Below are positions 29,488 through 38,971 of a DNA stretch of 64,000 bases, in pieces (position 1 is the first letter of the stretch; each line of letters begins with the position of its first letter). Below the pieces are notes generated by a model. It did not search any database and was not told where the DNA came from. It was given only the letters and a program-made list of their open reading frames with translations. This stretch comes from a virus (Duplodnaviria > Caudoviricetes). A program made the position numbers and the translations under genes. The stretch is taken from the IMG/VR virus record IMGVR_UViG_3300027858_000004, positions 64,001 through 128,000 of that record; one strand, given 5' to 3'.

Positions 29488-30748
29488 TAACTTTGAGCGC
29501 CTATAAGAAGTAATTCTTATAGCAAACCTGCCTAAACGGGGAAACTCTCAACTTGAGACAATCCCGTACTAAATCTGTGAGAGGATTTACAAAGGAGCAT
29601 TGTTAATTTGTACTATTTATACACAATCACAAATAAAAAAACGAACAAGAAATATCTTGGTATGACCTCGAATCCACACCAGCGAGAAAGCAGACATTTT
29701 AGCGATTTAAGAGGAAATAGGCATCATTGTGCATATTTGCAAAGGTCGTTCAATAAACATGGTGAAGAAAACTTTGTGTTTGAAATAATTTTCGAGAATA
29801 TGACGGAAGAAAAAGCATCTAGAATAGAAGAAATGTATCTAGTCAATCACTATGACAATTTATACAATACCTCTAAAAAATCAGGAGGTGGAGATTTAAT
29901 AAGCTACCATCCAGAGATAGATAGAATCAAAGAGCAACATAGCATTGCTGGTTTAATTTGGTGGAAAACCAAAAGCGAAGAAGAGAAGAAGGAATTTGGC
30001 GATAAATTTAGAGGTGAAAAGAATGCGATGTATGGAAGAACACACGCTCCAGAAGCACGAGAAAAAATATCAAGTGCACATAAAGGAAGAAAAATATCAG
30101 AAGAGCGAAAGAAGACTATTTCAGAAGCCCAAAGAGAAAGATTTTCTGTTTTAGGGGAGCGAGAAAAAGTTTCGGAAAGAAACAGGAAAAGGTATGAAGA
30201 CCCTGAAGAAAGAAATAAAACATCTTTAGCTAATAAGAAAAGATTTGAGAACCCAGAAGAAAGAGAAACCATTCGGAAAGCTTCTCGCAAGAGAAATCAA
30301 AAAGACTATAAAGTTTTCTTTCCCGATGGAGATACAATGGAATTTACAAACTTAATCGATATCATTGAATACTTTATGGAAAATCATTCGATAGGTAGGT
30401 GGACAATAAATAGTTTGCTTAAAACAGGTCAGACATGGAATCCTTTTTATGAGAAACATAAATATTTAACTGGGTTAAAGATAACCGTAAATGAAAATAA
30501 GAGTAAAAATTAATAAATCCTCTCACAGTAAATGTCGAACGACTATCCCATCGGTGGTGAAATTCCACATTAGGAGTAGGGCACAAGTTAACGGTGTGGG
30601 CGAAAACCCCTTAAATCGAAACGGTAGGTATCCTCTATAAGAGAATAGAAGGATAGTGATATAGTCTAATCTCATAGGCGACTATGAGCGGTTTATTCAA
30701 GCAGAGAATAAACGGTATAAGTGTTACGAGCTTATATGAATATAAATG
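29488..30748 (+). ncRNA. group I intron in thyA
   Basis: P1 GCGU/GCGC, terminal G, core similar to the nrdA intron; splicing restores QR|SGD. Confidence 0.9.
29608..30513 (+). CDS. intron-encoded GIY-YIG homing endonuclease with NUMOD3-like repeats
   Basis: LYTI..KYLG, GEKNAMYGRTH, repeated R.E.PEER. Confidence 0.9.
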   Translation: MYYLYTITNKKTNKKYLGMTSNPHQRESRHFSDLRGNRHHCAYLQRSFNKHGEENFVFEIIFENMTEEKASRIEEMYLVNHYDNLYNTSKKSGGGDLISYHPEIDRIKEQHSIAGLIWWKTKSEEEKKEFGDKFRGEKNAMYGRTHAPEAREKISSAHKGRKISEERKKTISEAQRERFSVLGEREKVSERNRKRYEDPEERNKTSLANKKRFENPEERETIRKASRKRNQKDYKVFFPDGDTMEFTNLIDIIEYFMENHSIGRWTINSLLKTGQTWNPFYEKHKYLTGLKITVNENKSKN

Positions 30749-31069
30749 TCAGGAGATTTCTTAACTGCTGCTGGAGCTGGTGGATGGAATGTGGTTCAGT
30801 ATGCATTCTTACAACATGCAATTGCTAAAGAGTGTGGATTGGAGGCTGGTATTTTACTTCATGTGGTACAAGACTTACATCTATACAATAAACACACAGA
30901 GCAAGCAGCAGAATTAATTAAAAGATATGCCGAAGATACAGGTGAGCTGAATACAAAAGTACAGATTAAAATTTCAGATAAACCATTCTTTGAGCTAACG
31001 GCTGATGATGTTGAGTTAATTGGGTACGAGCCAAAAGGTAAGATTGATAAACTGGATGTTGCTATATAG
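30749..31069 (+). CDS. thyA: thymidylate synthase, exon 2
   Basis: SGD..N..QY, DLHLYNKH, C-terminal VAI. Confidence 0.9.
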   Translation, partial: SGDFLTAAGAGGWNVVQYAFLQHAIAKECGLEAGILLHVVQDLHLYNKHTEQAAELIKRYAEDTGELNTKVQIKISDKPFFELTADDVELIGYEPKGKIDKLDVAI

Positions 31070-31084
31070 AAAGGGGATAAATAA

Positions 31085-31891
31085 ATGACACAAATAATGG
31101 AAGCTTTAGAAACACAGAAGAAAAGATTGGAAGCACATGGCTATACGGTGGCTTATATTTGTCTCTATGGCTCACAAAACTATGAGCTAGATATTAACAA
31201 CATAGATTATCAGTCGGACATAGATATGAAAGCTATAGTCGTTCCTACTTTAGATGATTTGGTAAGAAATAGCAAACCAATGTCTACAGTAGTTGAAACA
31301 GAATGGGGTCAATGTGATATCAAAGATATCAGACCATATTTCCAGACTCTGCTAAAGGCAAATCCATCTTACATCGAAACACTATTTTCAAAGTATTATA
31401 TTGTTGATGAAGCATTTGAGAATGAATTTATCACCATCTTTAACAAGAGAGAGATACTGGTTGATGCTTTAAAAGCCCAATCTATTCGTGCAATATATGG
31501 GATGATGTGTGAGAAAGAAAAAGCACTATGTCATCCATATCCATCGATTGCACATAAGATTGAAAAGTATGGATTTGATGGCAAACAACTATCCCATGCA
31601 CATAGACTTTGGTTGATGATGAACTACTATTATATTGAAAATAAGCCATTAGCTGATTGTTTTACCCATAATAAAATAAACAGTGAGAAGCTTATCGATA
31701 TGAAGTTGAACAGACACTCATTAGAATATGCGAAGTCAAGCATGGAAGAGATTATGGTAAAAGCAAAAACTTTGAGGGATGAAGTTTTATTGAAAATTGA
31801 TGAAAAGACCACCGACTACTCAATTAAAGATGAGTTTTTAGCATTGTCACAAGACATTATTAAAGCAAAAATAATGGACGAGTGCGCATGA
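31085..31891 (+). CDS. nucleotidyltransferase (pol-beta superfamily)
   Basis: LYGSQNY...SDID motif. Confidence 0.75.
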   Translation: MTQIMEALETQKKRLEAHGYTVAYICLYGSQNYELDINNIDYQSDIDMKAIVVPTLDDLVRNSKPMSTVVETEWGQCDIKDIRPYFQTLLKANPSYIETLFSKYYIVDEAFENEFITIFNKREILVDALKAQSIRAIYGMMCEKEKALCHPYPSIAHKIEKYGFDGKQLSHAHRLWLMMNYYYIENKPLADCFTHNKINSEKLIDMKLNRHSLEYAKSSMEEIMVKAKTLRDEVLLKIDEKTTDYSIKDEFLALSQDIIKAKIMDECA

Positions 31892-32035
31892 GTGTAATAG
31901 GAAAGAAAACTAAAAGCAGAGGATTGTGGTTGATGAATCCTACTACAAAAGTTAGAGATAGTAAGAAGAAATATGACAGAAAAGAAAGCAAAAAAGAAAT
32001 AAAGAAATATGAAAAATAAGAGTGGAGGATAACTT

Positions 32036-32506
32036 ATGGCTATTGAATTAGAAAAGGTGAGTCCTCCAAAAACTTATGGAGAGCTATTTAATAGTATAGG
32101 CAATGTGGATGATTTGTTTGGTGAAGATATCTATGCTCAAACGGAACTTAGAGGTGGTATTGGAAATAAGGTTTTACTTATGTGGAACAATCGTTCCGTA
32201 GAAGTGGAAGATTCAACTCTTGCTAATATTCAAGATAGTTTTGAGGAGAGATTTGTAAATAAGAGACCTCCCATTAATATTGAAAGAGGCGATTTACTTT
32301 ATAACTCTTATATAGAAAGTCACTTAGAGGATTTAAAAGAAGACGTAGAATGCCATGAGATTTGCATGTGGACTAGCTTTAAAACTTTCATAAGAAATAA
32401 TATCATTTTACTAATTATGAATCACATTAACAATGAAACACTATATGAAAAGTTAGTAAACTCAATATTTGACAGTTTAATACTAGAAAATGGGAATTTG
32501 GACTAA
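32036..32506 (+). CDS. hypothetical protein
   Basis: GGAGG RBS. Confidence 0.7.
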   Translation: MAIELEKVSPPKTYGELFNSIGNVDDLFGEDIYAQTELRGGIGNKVLLMWNNRSVEVEDSTLANIQDSFEERFVNKRPPINIERGDLLYNSYIESHLEDLKEDVECHEICMWTSFKTFIRNNIILLIMNHINNETLYEKLVNSIFDSLILENGNLD

Positions 32507-32520
32507 TTCAATTTTTATTA

Positions 32521-32578
32521 GACGACAAATAATCCTATTAAATGGGCAATACTGTCGTCCCTTTTAATTACAAAAGGG
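32521..32578 (+). ncRNA. hairpin with conserved apical motif (copy B) followed by a CCCTTTT/AAAAGGG hairpin
   Basis: GACGACA/TGTCGTC stem, core TCCTATTAAATGGG. Confidence 0.5.
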
Positions 32579-32681
32579 AATAAAATGGAGATTTTACTGA
32601 TATGTATACAAAACTGTATACTTGTAAACTTGTGTACAAAATTGTATACATTAATCAGAAAATACAAGGGGAGAGATTAAT

Positions 32682-32816
32682 ATGAGAATAGCTATCGCTT
32701 TTTTACTGGCAGTGCCAATTTATAATATGGTTGAGTTTGGGTGGGGTTGGCTTTTAATAATTACATTGCAAATATTAGCAGGGTTGGACTTAGAGCTTTG
32801 GAACAGAAGCCGATGA
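32682..32816 (+). CDS. small membrane protein (44 aa)
   Basis: RBS plus hydrophobic ORF read by hand. Confidence 0.5.
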   Translation: MRIAIAFLLAVPIYNMVEFGWGWLLIITLQILAGLDLELWNRSR

Positions 32817-32968
32817 AGAAAATATTTAGAATCTCTGAAACAGAACATGCTATTCGCACTTGGAAAGTGGAAGCCGACAGTGAAGATGAGGCTCTATCAA
32901 TATTTGAAACAAAAGGTACTGTAATTGATGAGAAGCTTCTTGATTATGATTTGGAAATAATAGATTAA
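32813..32968 (+). CDS. hypothetical protein
   Basis: ATGA overlap; VEADSEDEA motif. Confidence 0.6.
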   Translation: MKKIFRISETEHAIRTWKVEADSEDEALSIFETKGTVIDEKLLDYDLEIID

Positions 32969-33055
32969 GAGTTTTTTACCGATAAGGTTACACAGGTAGA
33001 ATTCTACAGAGCTTAGAATGTCAATGTCAGCATCATAAAAAAGGGGAAGAGTAAT

Positions 33056-33496
33056 ATGAAACTAGAAAAACTAAGATTAAAACATATTGCAATAGATAAA
33101 GAGCTTAGAAAAGTAGACGATGAAATTTCAGTATTATTAGATGGAACATTTAAATATAACGGTGTATTGTGCTTTGTAGATGATTATAGCACAGATGAAG
33201 ATTTTATTCTACTGGGTTCGACAAATGGAAGTACAATATCTGGATTCAACAATCAAGTGTCACTAACATTTAGAGAATTTGAGGAAACTTTTAAAAGCCA
33301 CAAATATAAAATACATTTCTACAATGGTAAGGAATCGTTCGGAGAAGTTTTGTCGCTTTATAAGACTGTAGAAGTTGAATTTGATATTGAGCCTGACTCT
33401 GATGACACAATAATTCGTAAAGGTCTATTAGAATTGGGTACTTATCCAAGGTCTTACACCGCAAAAGTATATAAAATTGAAAAGGGAGATAAGTAG
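33056..33496 (+). CDS. hypothetical protein
   Basis: ORF with RBS. Confidence 0.7.
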   Translation: MKLEKLRLKHIAIDKELRKVDDEISVLLDGTFKYNGVLCFVDDYSTDEDFILLGSTNGSTISGFNNQVSLTFREFEETFKSHKYKIHFYNGKESFGEVLSLYKTVEVEFDIEPDSDDTIIRKGLLELGTYPRSYTAKVYKIEKGDK

Positions 33497-33739
33497 ATGA
33501 AATATGTACGTTATTACTTTACTTTTAAAAATGGATTAAAAGAGGACTATCTTATAGAAATTGAGCCTCACAAGATTGAAGAATATAAGAATGGATTAAA
33601 AGAGGTCAATTCCGTAATTTACAATTCAATGATGACTGGGAAGAGCGGTGTAATTAAACTAAAAACCGAATATGGATTGGCTCATATAAGAACAGACGAT
33701 ATTGTAAGTTCACTTGTCACAGGATTTTTAGAGCTATAA
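33497..33739 (+). CDS. hypothetical protein
   Basis: ORF with RBS. Confidence 0.7.
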   Translation: MKYVRYYFTFKNGLKEDYLIEIEPHKIEEYKNGLKEVNSVIYNSMMTGKSGVIKLKTEYGLAHIRTDDIVSSLVTGFLEL

Positions 33740-33752
33740 AGGAGGATATTAA

Positions 33753-33866
33753 ATGAAAGATGAAACTAAGAACTTAATAATAGCCTATGTAATGCTAACT
33801 ACAGCATTTTCAGCTCTTTGCTTTTTGATTGGATGGATTGGCTATGAAATAGGGATTAACAAATAA
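33753..33866 (+). CDS. small single-TM protein (37 aa)
   Basis: AAGGAGG RBS. Confidence 0.5.
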   Translation: MKDETKNLIIAYVMLTTAFSALCFLIGWIGYEIGINK

Positions 33867-33897
33867 AATTCTCGTATTATTAAAGGAGGTGTGGTAA

Positions 33898-34161
33898 TTG
33901 AGCAGTGATTTCCTCATAGATGAGAGCTTTACTATTGTTATTCCAGTAAGTGAAAAGCCACTAAAGATAATTCATGAAGCCTATAAAATTGAACCTACTG
34001 ATAATCCAATGGAATTTACATTATCAAAGAAAACTACAGTAGATGAAATGGCTACTAATATGAATATGAGTGTTGAAGAGCTTATGGATTTTTTAGAACA
34101 TGGTGAAAATTATTTAAAGGAGAATGACATTGAACAAGGAACAAACTCAACAAATAGTTAA
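33898..34161 (+). CDS. hypothetical protein
   Basis: AAGGAGG RBS. Confidence 0.65.
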   Translation: MSSDFLIDESFTIVIPVSEKPLKIIHEAYKIEPTDNPMEFTLSKKTTVDEMATNMNMSVEELMDFLEHGENYLKENDIEQGTNSTNS

Positions 34162-34558
34162 TTTACTCCACGAGGACTATCGAGATTGCAAAGTACAAAT
34201 AATCAAAAGTAAGAGTCAATTTATTAAATGGAAGATAGTGGAGCTAGTCAAGTTAAAATCTTTCGCCTTTATCCATCGAAAATATATTTGGAGCCACAGT
34301 AAAGAGGTTTTATCCAATGAGGTTGCTGGAAGCTATAACTCTAAATTAAAAAATATTCAAGTATATCAGTTTAGTATGCTTGAAGACTGCAAGGATTTGT
34401 ATACTTCTCTAGTATTGTTCCATGAGCTAAGACATCACTATCAAGATAAATATGGAAGATTAGACAGACATGACATTGAAGACGATTGCAACAGGTTTGC
34501 ATGGAAGATGTACGATAGGTACTATGCAGAGATAAAAAATATTCTTGAAATCAATTAA
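34124..34558 (+). CDS. putative zinc metallopeptidase
   Basis: HELRH (HExxH) plus downstream E.DCN.FA. Confidence 0.65.
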   Translation: MTLNKEQTQQIVNLLHEDYRDCKVQIIKSKSQFIKWKIVELVKLKSFAFIHRKYIWSHSKEVLSNEVAGSYNSKLKNIQVYQFSMLEDCKDLYTSLVLFHELRHHYQDKYGRLDRHDIEDDCNRFAWKMYDRYYAEIKNILEIN

Positions 34559-34589
34559 AAACTATATAAACTAAAAGGGGATTAATTAA

Positions 34590-35468
34590 ATGGAAACTAC
34601 ACAAAAGAAGTATCAATCAATTGAGCGTCATGGTAAATCAGGAACACATCTTACTATTGAAGGAAATCCACTTATTGTTATTCAGGAGAAGATTGATGGA
34701 GCAAATGCTTCTTTCCAAAGAGTGGGAGATGAAATCTTAGCATTCTCTCGCAACAATCAACTAGGACGAGATAATAAGAACCTACGAGGTTTTTATGAGT
34801 GGACTCAAACGCTAAATGTTAACGAGATGTCAGAAGGATTTGTACACTTTGGAGAATGGACAGCTAGACATAAAATTGATTACGGTGAGAATGCTAATAA
34901 GTTCTACCTGTTCGATGTTTACGAAATTAATAATAATAAATACCATGATTTTGATGTTGTCGAAGATGTGGCAGTGCTTCTTGCTATTAATCTAGTTCCA
35001 GTATTCTATAAAGGTGAATTCCAATCACTAGAACATATTCAATCATTCGTTGGTAAGTCTGTACTAGGTGATATCGGAGAAGGTGTTGTGGTTAAGAATT
35101 ACAAATACACAACTAAATTTGGTGAGCAAGTATTCACTAAATTTGTATCTGACCATTTTGCTGAAATCATGAAGATTAAAAAGCACAATGCAAGTAAGAA
35201 TTCAGACCCACTACAACAGTTCATTAATTCAACTTTAACTGAAGCACGAGTATCTAAGCTTATTCATAAGCTAGTTGACGAAGGTGTGTTGCAAGAAGAT
35301 TATGCTATTGAAGATATGGGAGCAATTCTAAAAGGATTGGGTTCTAGCGTATTCGATGACATAATTAAAGAAGAGTTAGATGAGCTTCTAAAGCTTGTTA
35401 AGGGTAAGGTTGGACGAGCTGTACCAAACATCGTTAAATCCATTCTAGCTGAAGAGGGAAGAGCCTAA
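34590..35468 (+). CDS. RNA ligase (Rnl2-like)
   Basis: QEKIDGAN, FGEW, FYLFDV, GEGVVVK. Confidence 0.85.
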   Translation: METTQKKYQSIERHGKSGTHLTIEGNPLIVIQEKIDGANASFQRVGDEILAFSRNNQLGRDNKNLRGFYEWTQTLNVNEMSEGFVHFGEWTARHKIDYGENANKFYLFDVYEINNNKYHDFDVVEDVAVLLAINLVPVFYKGEFQSLEHIQSFVGKSVLGDIGEGVVVKNYKYTTKFGEQVFTKFVSDHFAEIMKIKKHNASKNSDPLQQFINSTLTEARVSKLIHKLVDEGVLQEDYAIEDMGAILKGLGSSVFDDIIKEELDELLKLVKGKVGRAVPNIVKSILAEEGRA

Positions 35469-35551
35469 AAACTAGTTAAATTAAAATTAATAAAAATCAT
35501 ATTTTATCTTGTTTTTAAAAACTAGATATGTTACAATAAGGGAGTAAATAA

Positions 35552-35719
35552 ATGAAACTTCAAGCGTTATATAAAAACATGTGGTTCCCAATTGTTCAGA
35601 GAAGACAGAGAGAAGAGGAGGTTGAGCTTCTTTTATATTCTCGTAACCAGTATAAGGTTGATATTTGGGTTTCCACAAACGAAATAGAAGAAGTAAGAGA
35701 GATAGGAGATAATATTTAA
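35552..35719 (+). CDS. small hypothetical protein (55 aa)
   Basis: GGGAG RBS, read by hand. Confidence 0.55.
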   Translation: MKLQALYKNMWFPIVQRRQREEEVELLLYSRNQYKVDIWVSTNEIEEVREIGDNI

Positions 35720-35720
35720 T

Positions 35721-36296
35721 ATGACAATATATTTTACATCAGACTCACACTTTCGACATAAGAAAATAGTTGAATTTGAACAGCGTCCATTTGAATCCAC
35801 TGAAGAAATGAACGAGGGATTAATTAAGGCTTGGAACAATACAGTTAAGAGTGGTGACTTAGTATACCACTTGGGAGACTTTTGCTTTGGCTCGTACAAT
35901 GAGTGGATTAATATTATTGAGCGTTTAAATGGAGAAATAGTCTTAATCAAAGGCAATCATGATAGTTCAGACATAATTAAAAAAGCTCATAAAAATGGAT
36001 ATTTAAATGAAGTCCACATGATAGGTTATTATATGAAATCCAATGGCTATATTCTTAATTTAACTCACTATCCTATGGAAATAGGGAATCGTCCTAGAAA
36101 CTTCAATATATCAGGTCATATTCACGCTCAACCAAGTCGTATGCTCAATCAGGTAAACGTAGGTGTGGACAGTCCACTAAACTTTAATCGCCCATTTGGT
36201 CAACCTATATCACAAGATGAGCTTATAGCTCATTTAGATTACATTAATCCTAAAGTAGAAGAGCAATTTCACATAGAAAGAGGTATTACAATTTGA
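35721..36296 (+). CDS. calcineurin-like metallophosphoesterase
   Basis: SDSH, HLGD, GNHD, GHIH. Confidence 0.88.
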   Translation: MTIYFTSDSHFRHKKIVEFEQRPFESTEEMNEGLIKAWNNTVKSGDLVYHLGDFCFGSYNEWINIIERLNGEIVLIKGNHDSSDIIKKAHKNGYLNEVHMIGYYMKSNGYILNLTHYPMEIGNRPRNFNISGHIHAQPSRMLNQVNVGVDSPLNFNRPFGQPISQDELIAHLDYINPKVEEQFHIERGITI

Positions 36297-36793
36297 TAAA
36301 ACTAATATGCGCAGTTGATGTAAACTACGGAATTGGATTTAATAATGACCTACTATTTAAAGTATTAGAAGATATGAAACGTTTCCAAGAGCTAACTACT
36401 GGTCATATCGTAGTGATGGGGAGAAAGACTCTAGAGTCTCTTCCTAAGCCATTAAAGAATAGAACCAATGTGGTATTAACAAGAAACGAAAATTACGAGG
36501 CTCCAGTGGGAGTATTTAAAATGGATTCTGTTGATAAGATTTTAAGCCACTATCTAACAACTGGAGAGCAAGACAAGGATTTATTTATTATTGGTGGGCA
36601 AGAAATATATAGAGAATTTCTTCCACATGCAGATACAGTTGAACTAACTGTAATAAACAAAGAGGCAAAAGAAGTGGATGCATTTTTCCCATATGAGCTT
36701 CTAAAACAATACTTTAAAATATCTAAAGCAGAAACACATTATAGCGAAACAGAAGAGTGTGTTTACTCTTTTGTAACTTACATTAAAAACTAG
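36293..36793 (+). CDS. dfrA: dihydrofolate reductase
   Basis: IG..N.L, D..RF, VVMGRKT, PL.NR.N, IIGG..IY, DAFFP. Confidence 0.93.
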   Translation: MIKLICAVDVNYGIGFNNDLLFKVLEDMKRFQELTTGHIVVMGRKTLESLPKPLKNRTNVVLTRNENYEAPVGVFKMDSVDKILSHYLTTGEQDKDLFIIGGQEIYREFLPHADTVELTVINKEAKEVDAFFPYELLKQYFKISKAETHYSETEECVYSFVTYIKN

Positions 36794-36941
36794 TTAGTGA
36801 CATATAAGGAGAAATAATATGATTATTAAAACTTCGAAAGAAGTACATGAAAGATTTAGAAAAGAACTCATTGAAAATGTGCCAAATGAGCTCATCTCTA
36901 ATCTAATGAAAACAATAGATAATTTCAATATAAAAATAGCA

Positions 36942-36978
36942 AGAAAAGGCTGAGAGTGATTTACTTTCTGCCTTTTTT
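36942..36978 (+). terminator. intrinsic terminator
   Basis: AAAAGGC...GCCTTTTTT. Confidence 0.65.
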
Positions 36979-37028
36979 CTGTATAATAGACCATATAATA
37001 TATTTATTATTTAAAAGGAGGACATTTA

Positions 37029-37457
37029 ATGAGAGCCAATTGGTCGATAGAGGAAGCAGAAACCCTTAAAAAGCTATATTCTATTAGGACTGCTAATGAG
37101 CTGGCTGAGATTTTCCCGAACTATAGTAACACTCAAATACTGAGAAAAGCAAAACAACTTAAGCTAAAAAAGAAAAAAGAAGTTACTTATAAATCAAGAT
37201 TAGAAAACTCTATTATTCAAAGAAATGACCTGTGGACAGATAAAGAAAAGAGCATTGTAATTGAGAACTATTCTATCTTGGGAGCAAAAGGTGTAATGGA
37301 GCTAATGGGAGAGAATCGCTCTGAGGAGCAAATAAAAAAAATGGCATATAGAATGAATCTACAGCGAGAAGATAAATCAATGATGTGGGAACAAACAGAT
37401 ATAAAACTGGTCAATAATAATATTTTTTCAGTTGAAGCAACTTACAAAGGACGGTGA
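37029..37457 (+). CDS. Myb/SANT-like repeat DNA-binding protein
   Basis: two W[ST]..E...L/V...Y repeats. Confidence 0.65.
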   Translation: MRANWSIEEAETLKKLYSIRTANELAEIFPNYSNTQILRKAKQLKLKKKKEVTYKSRLENSIIQRNDLWTDKEKSIVIENYSILGAKGVMELMGENRSEEQIKKMAYRMNLQREDKSMMWEQTDIKLVNNNIFSVEATYKGR

Positions 37458-38971
37458 CTCTGGTGAATGAATTTCAAACATATAAAACAACTAGGAATAT
37501 TTTAGAATCGATTAAAAATGTAGGGATGTACATCCGTAAATCGAGAGGGGATGCACAGGAAGATTTACAAAAGCATAGAATGATTATGGAAGAAATATGT
37601 AAACAAAACAACTGGAACTTTGTTGAATACTCTGAGATAGGCACTGGAGATTCAATAGAAGATAGGGTGGAGATAAAGGAGCTACTAAAAGATGTAGCGG
37701 AAGGTCTTTTCGATGCAGTAATAGTATTTGACTATGATAGATTGGGTCGTGGTAATGGAACAGACCAAGATACCATTAAAAACACCTTCAGAAATAGTGA
37801 TACTTTAATTATTGTTTCAAATCCATTTCAAATCTTTGATACAAATGATGAGCGTGACGAAGAGGCAATGGACTTCAAAGGATTTATGGCTAGAAGAGAA
37901 TATAAAATGATTACTAAGCGTATGGTTACAGGTAAGAAAATTGGTCTGAAGATGGGAAGATGGTCTAACGGTGTTGCACCATTCGGTTATGAATATAGTA
38001 AAGAGCTTAAAAGTTTAACTGTACATCCACTGGAATCAGAAATATATAAAAAACTAATTGTAAGCGAATATATAAATGGAAAGTCTATTACTGATATAGC
38101 ATGGGACTTAAATAAGAAAAATATAGCATCTCCGAGAAATGGTAAGTGGACTCCAAACACAATTAGCAACATGTTAAAAAGCGAAGTTTATCTAGGACAT
38201 ATTGTCTATAATAAGTCCGAAGGTAGTAGAAAGTCCAATTCTCAAACTAAAAAACCTTTTAAACAAAAACCTAAAGAAGAGTGGATAACAATAAAAAATT
38301 GTCACACATCTCTAAAAACACAAACTGAACACCTTAAAATAATATCTCTATTGAAATCAAAAACCAGACACAATAACCATTCTATAAATGCTCTAACTGG
38401 TTTAGTAAAATGCTATGAATGTGGTGGAACATTAAAAACACAGAAAGTAAACAATAAAGTTGTATTAAGAAACTGCACTGCTTGTAAGGACTCTCATGGG
38501 GGAGATACCTCATTAATTGAGAAAACTATATTTGATACCATTAGTCACTTAAGGGATATTCTAATTAATACAAAAAATTCAAATGCAAATGAAACAGAAA
38601 AAGAGTATATTCTTAATCAGGTGAAATCACTTGAAAGAGAGCTGGATGTAAATGAGGCAGCAATAGAAAAAATTGAAAATGCTTATGAAGAAGGAGAATA
38701 TGATATAAATAAATTCAGAAAAAAGGTAAAAGCAAGACAAGAAAACATACTTGAATTAGAAGAAAATTTGAAAGTTAAGAAGTTAGAATTAAGCTCATTT
38801 TCAAATGTTGATAATGAGGAAAGAATACAAAGAATTGATGTTTTTTTTGAGCAGATAAAAAAATGTAAAAACAACAAAGAGATGAATGAATCTTACAAAA
38901 GTATTATTAGCTCAATAGTATGGAAGAGGACAATATGGGATGAAGTGAGGGTGACTGTAAATTTTCTTTAA
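37454..38971 (+). CDS. large serine recombinase (integrase)
   Basis: YIRKS catalytic Ser, DRLGR, PFGY, zinc ribbon CYEC..CTAC, coiled coil. Confidence 0.93.
   Translation: MTLVNEFQTYKTTRNILESIKNVGMYIRKSRGDAQEDLQKHRMIMEEICKQNNWNFVEYSEIGTGDSIEDRVEIKELLKDVAEGLFDAVIVFDYDRLGRGNGTDQDTIKNTFRNSDTLIIVSNPFQIFDTNDERDEEAMDFKGFMARREYKMITKRMVTGKKIGLKMGRWSNGVAPFGYEYSKELKSLTVHPLESEIYKKLIVSEYINGKSITDIAWDLNKKNIASPRNGKWTPNTISNMLKSEVYLGHIVYNKSEGSRKSNSQTKKPFKQKPKEEWITIKNCHTSLKTQTEHLKIISLLKSKTRHNNHSINALTGLVKCYECGGTLKTQKVNNKVVLRNCTACKDSHGGDTSLIEKTIFDTISHLRDILINTKNSNANETEKEYILNQVKSLERELDVNEAAIEKIENAYEEGEYDINKFRKKVKARQENILELEENLKVKKLELSSFSNVDNEERIQRIDVFFEQIKKCKNNKEMNESYKSIISSIVWKRTIWDEVRVTVNFL

Larger units (their letters stand above)
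32501..35507. repeat. further ATAAAA-N6-TTTTAT sites (32501, 32580, 33863, 35490)
   Basis: read directly; all intergenic or overlapping a stop codon. Confidence 0.7.

Noticed and set aside
22306-31069. nrdA and thyA as pseudogenes, or as intein/readthrough cases
   Set aside because: The in-frame stops are the first bases of group I introns; U/G splice boundaries restore the conserved motifs.
37454-38971. Serine recombinase as the enzyme acting on the N6 sites
   Set aside because: Serine recombinases exchange at a 2-bp overlap within much longer sites, and a separate att-like palindrome lies next to the gene.
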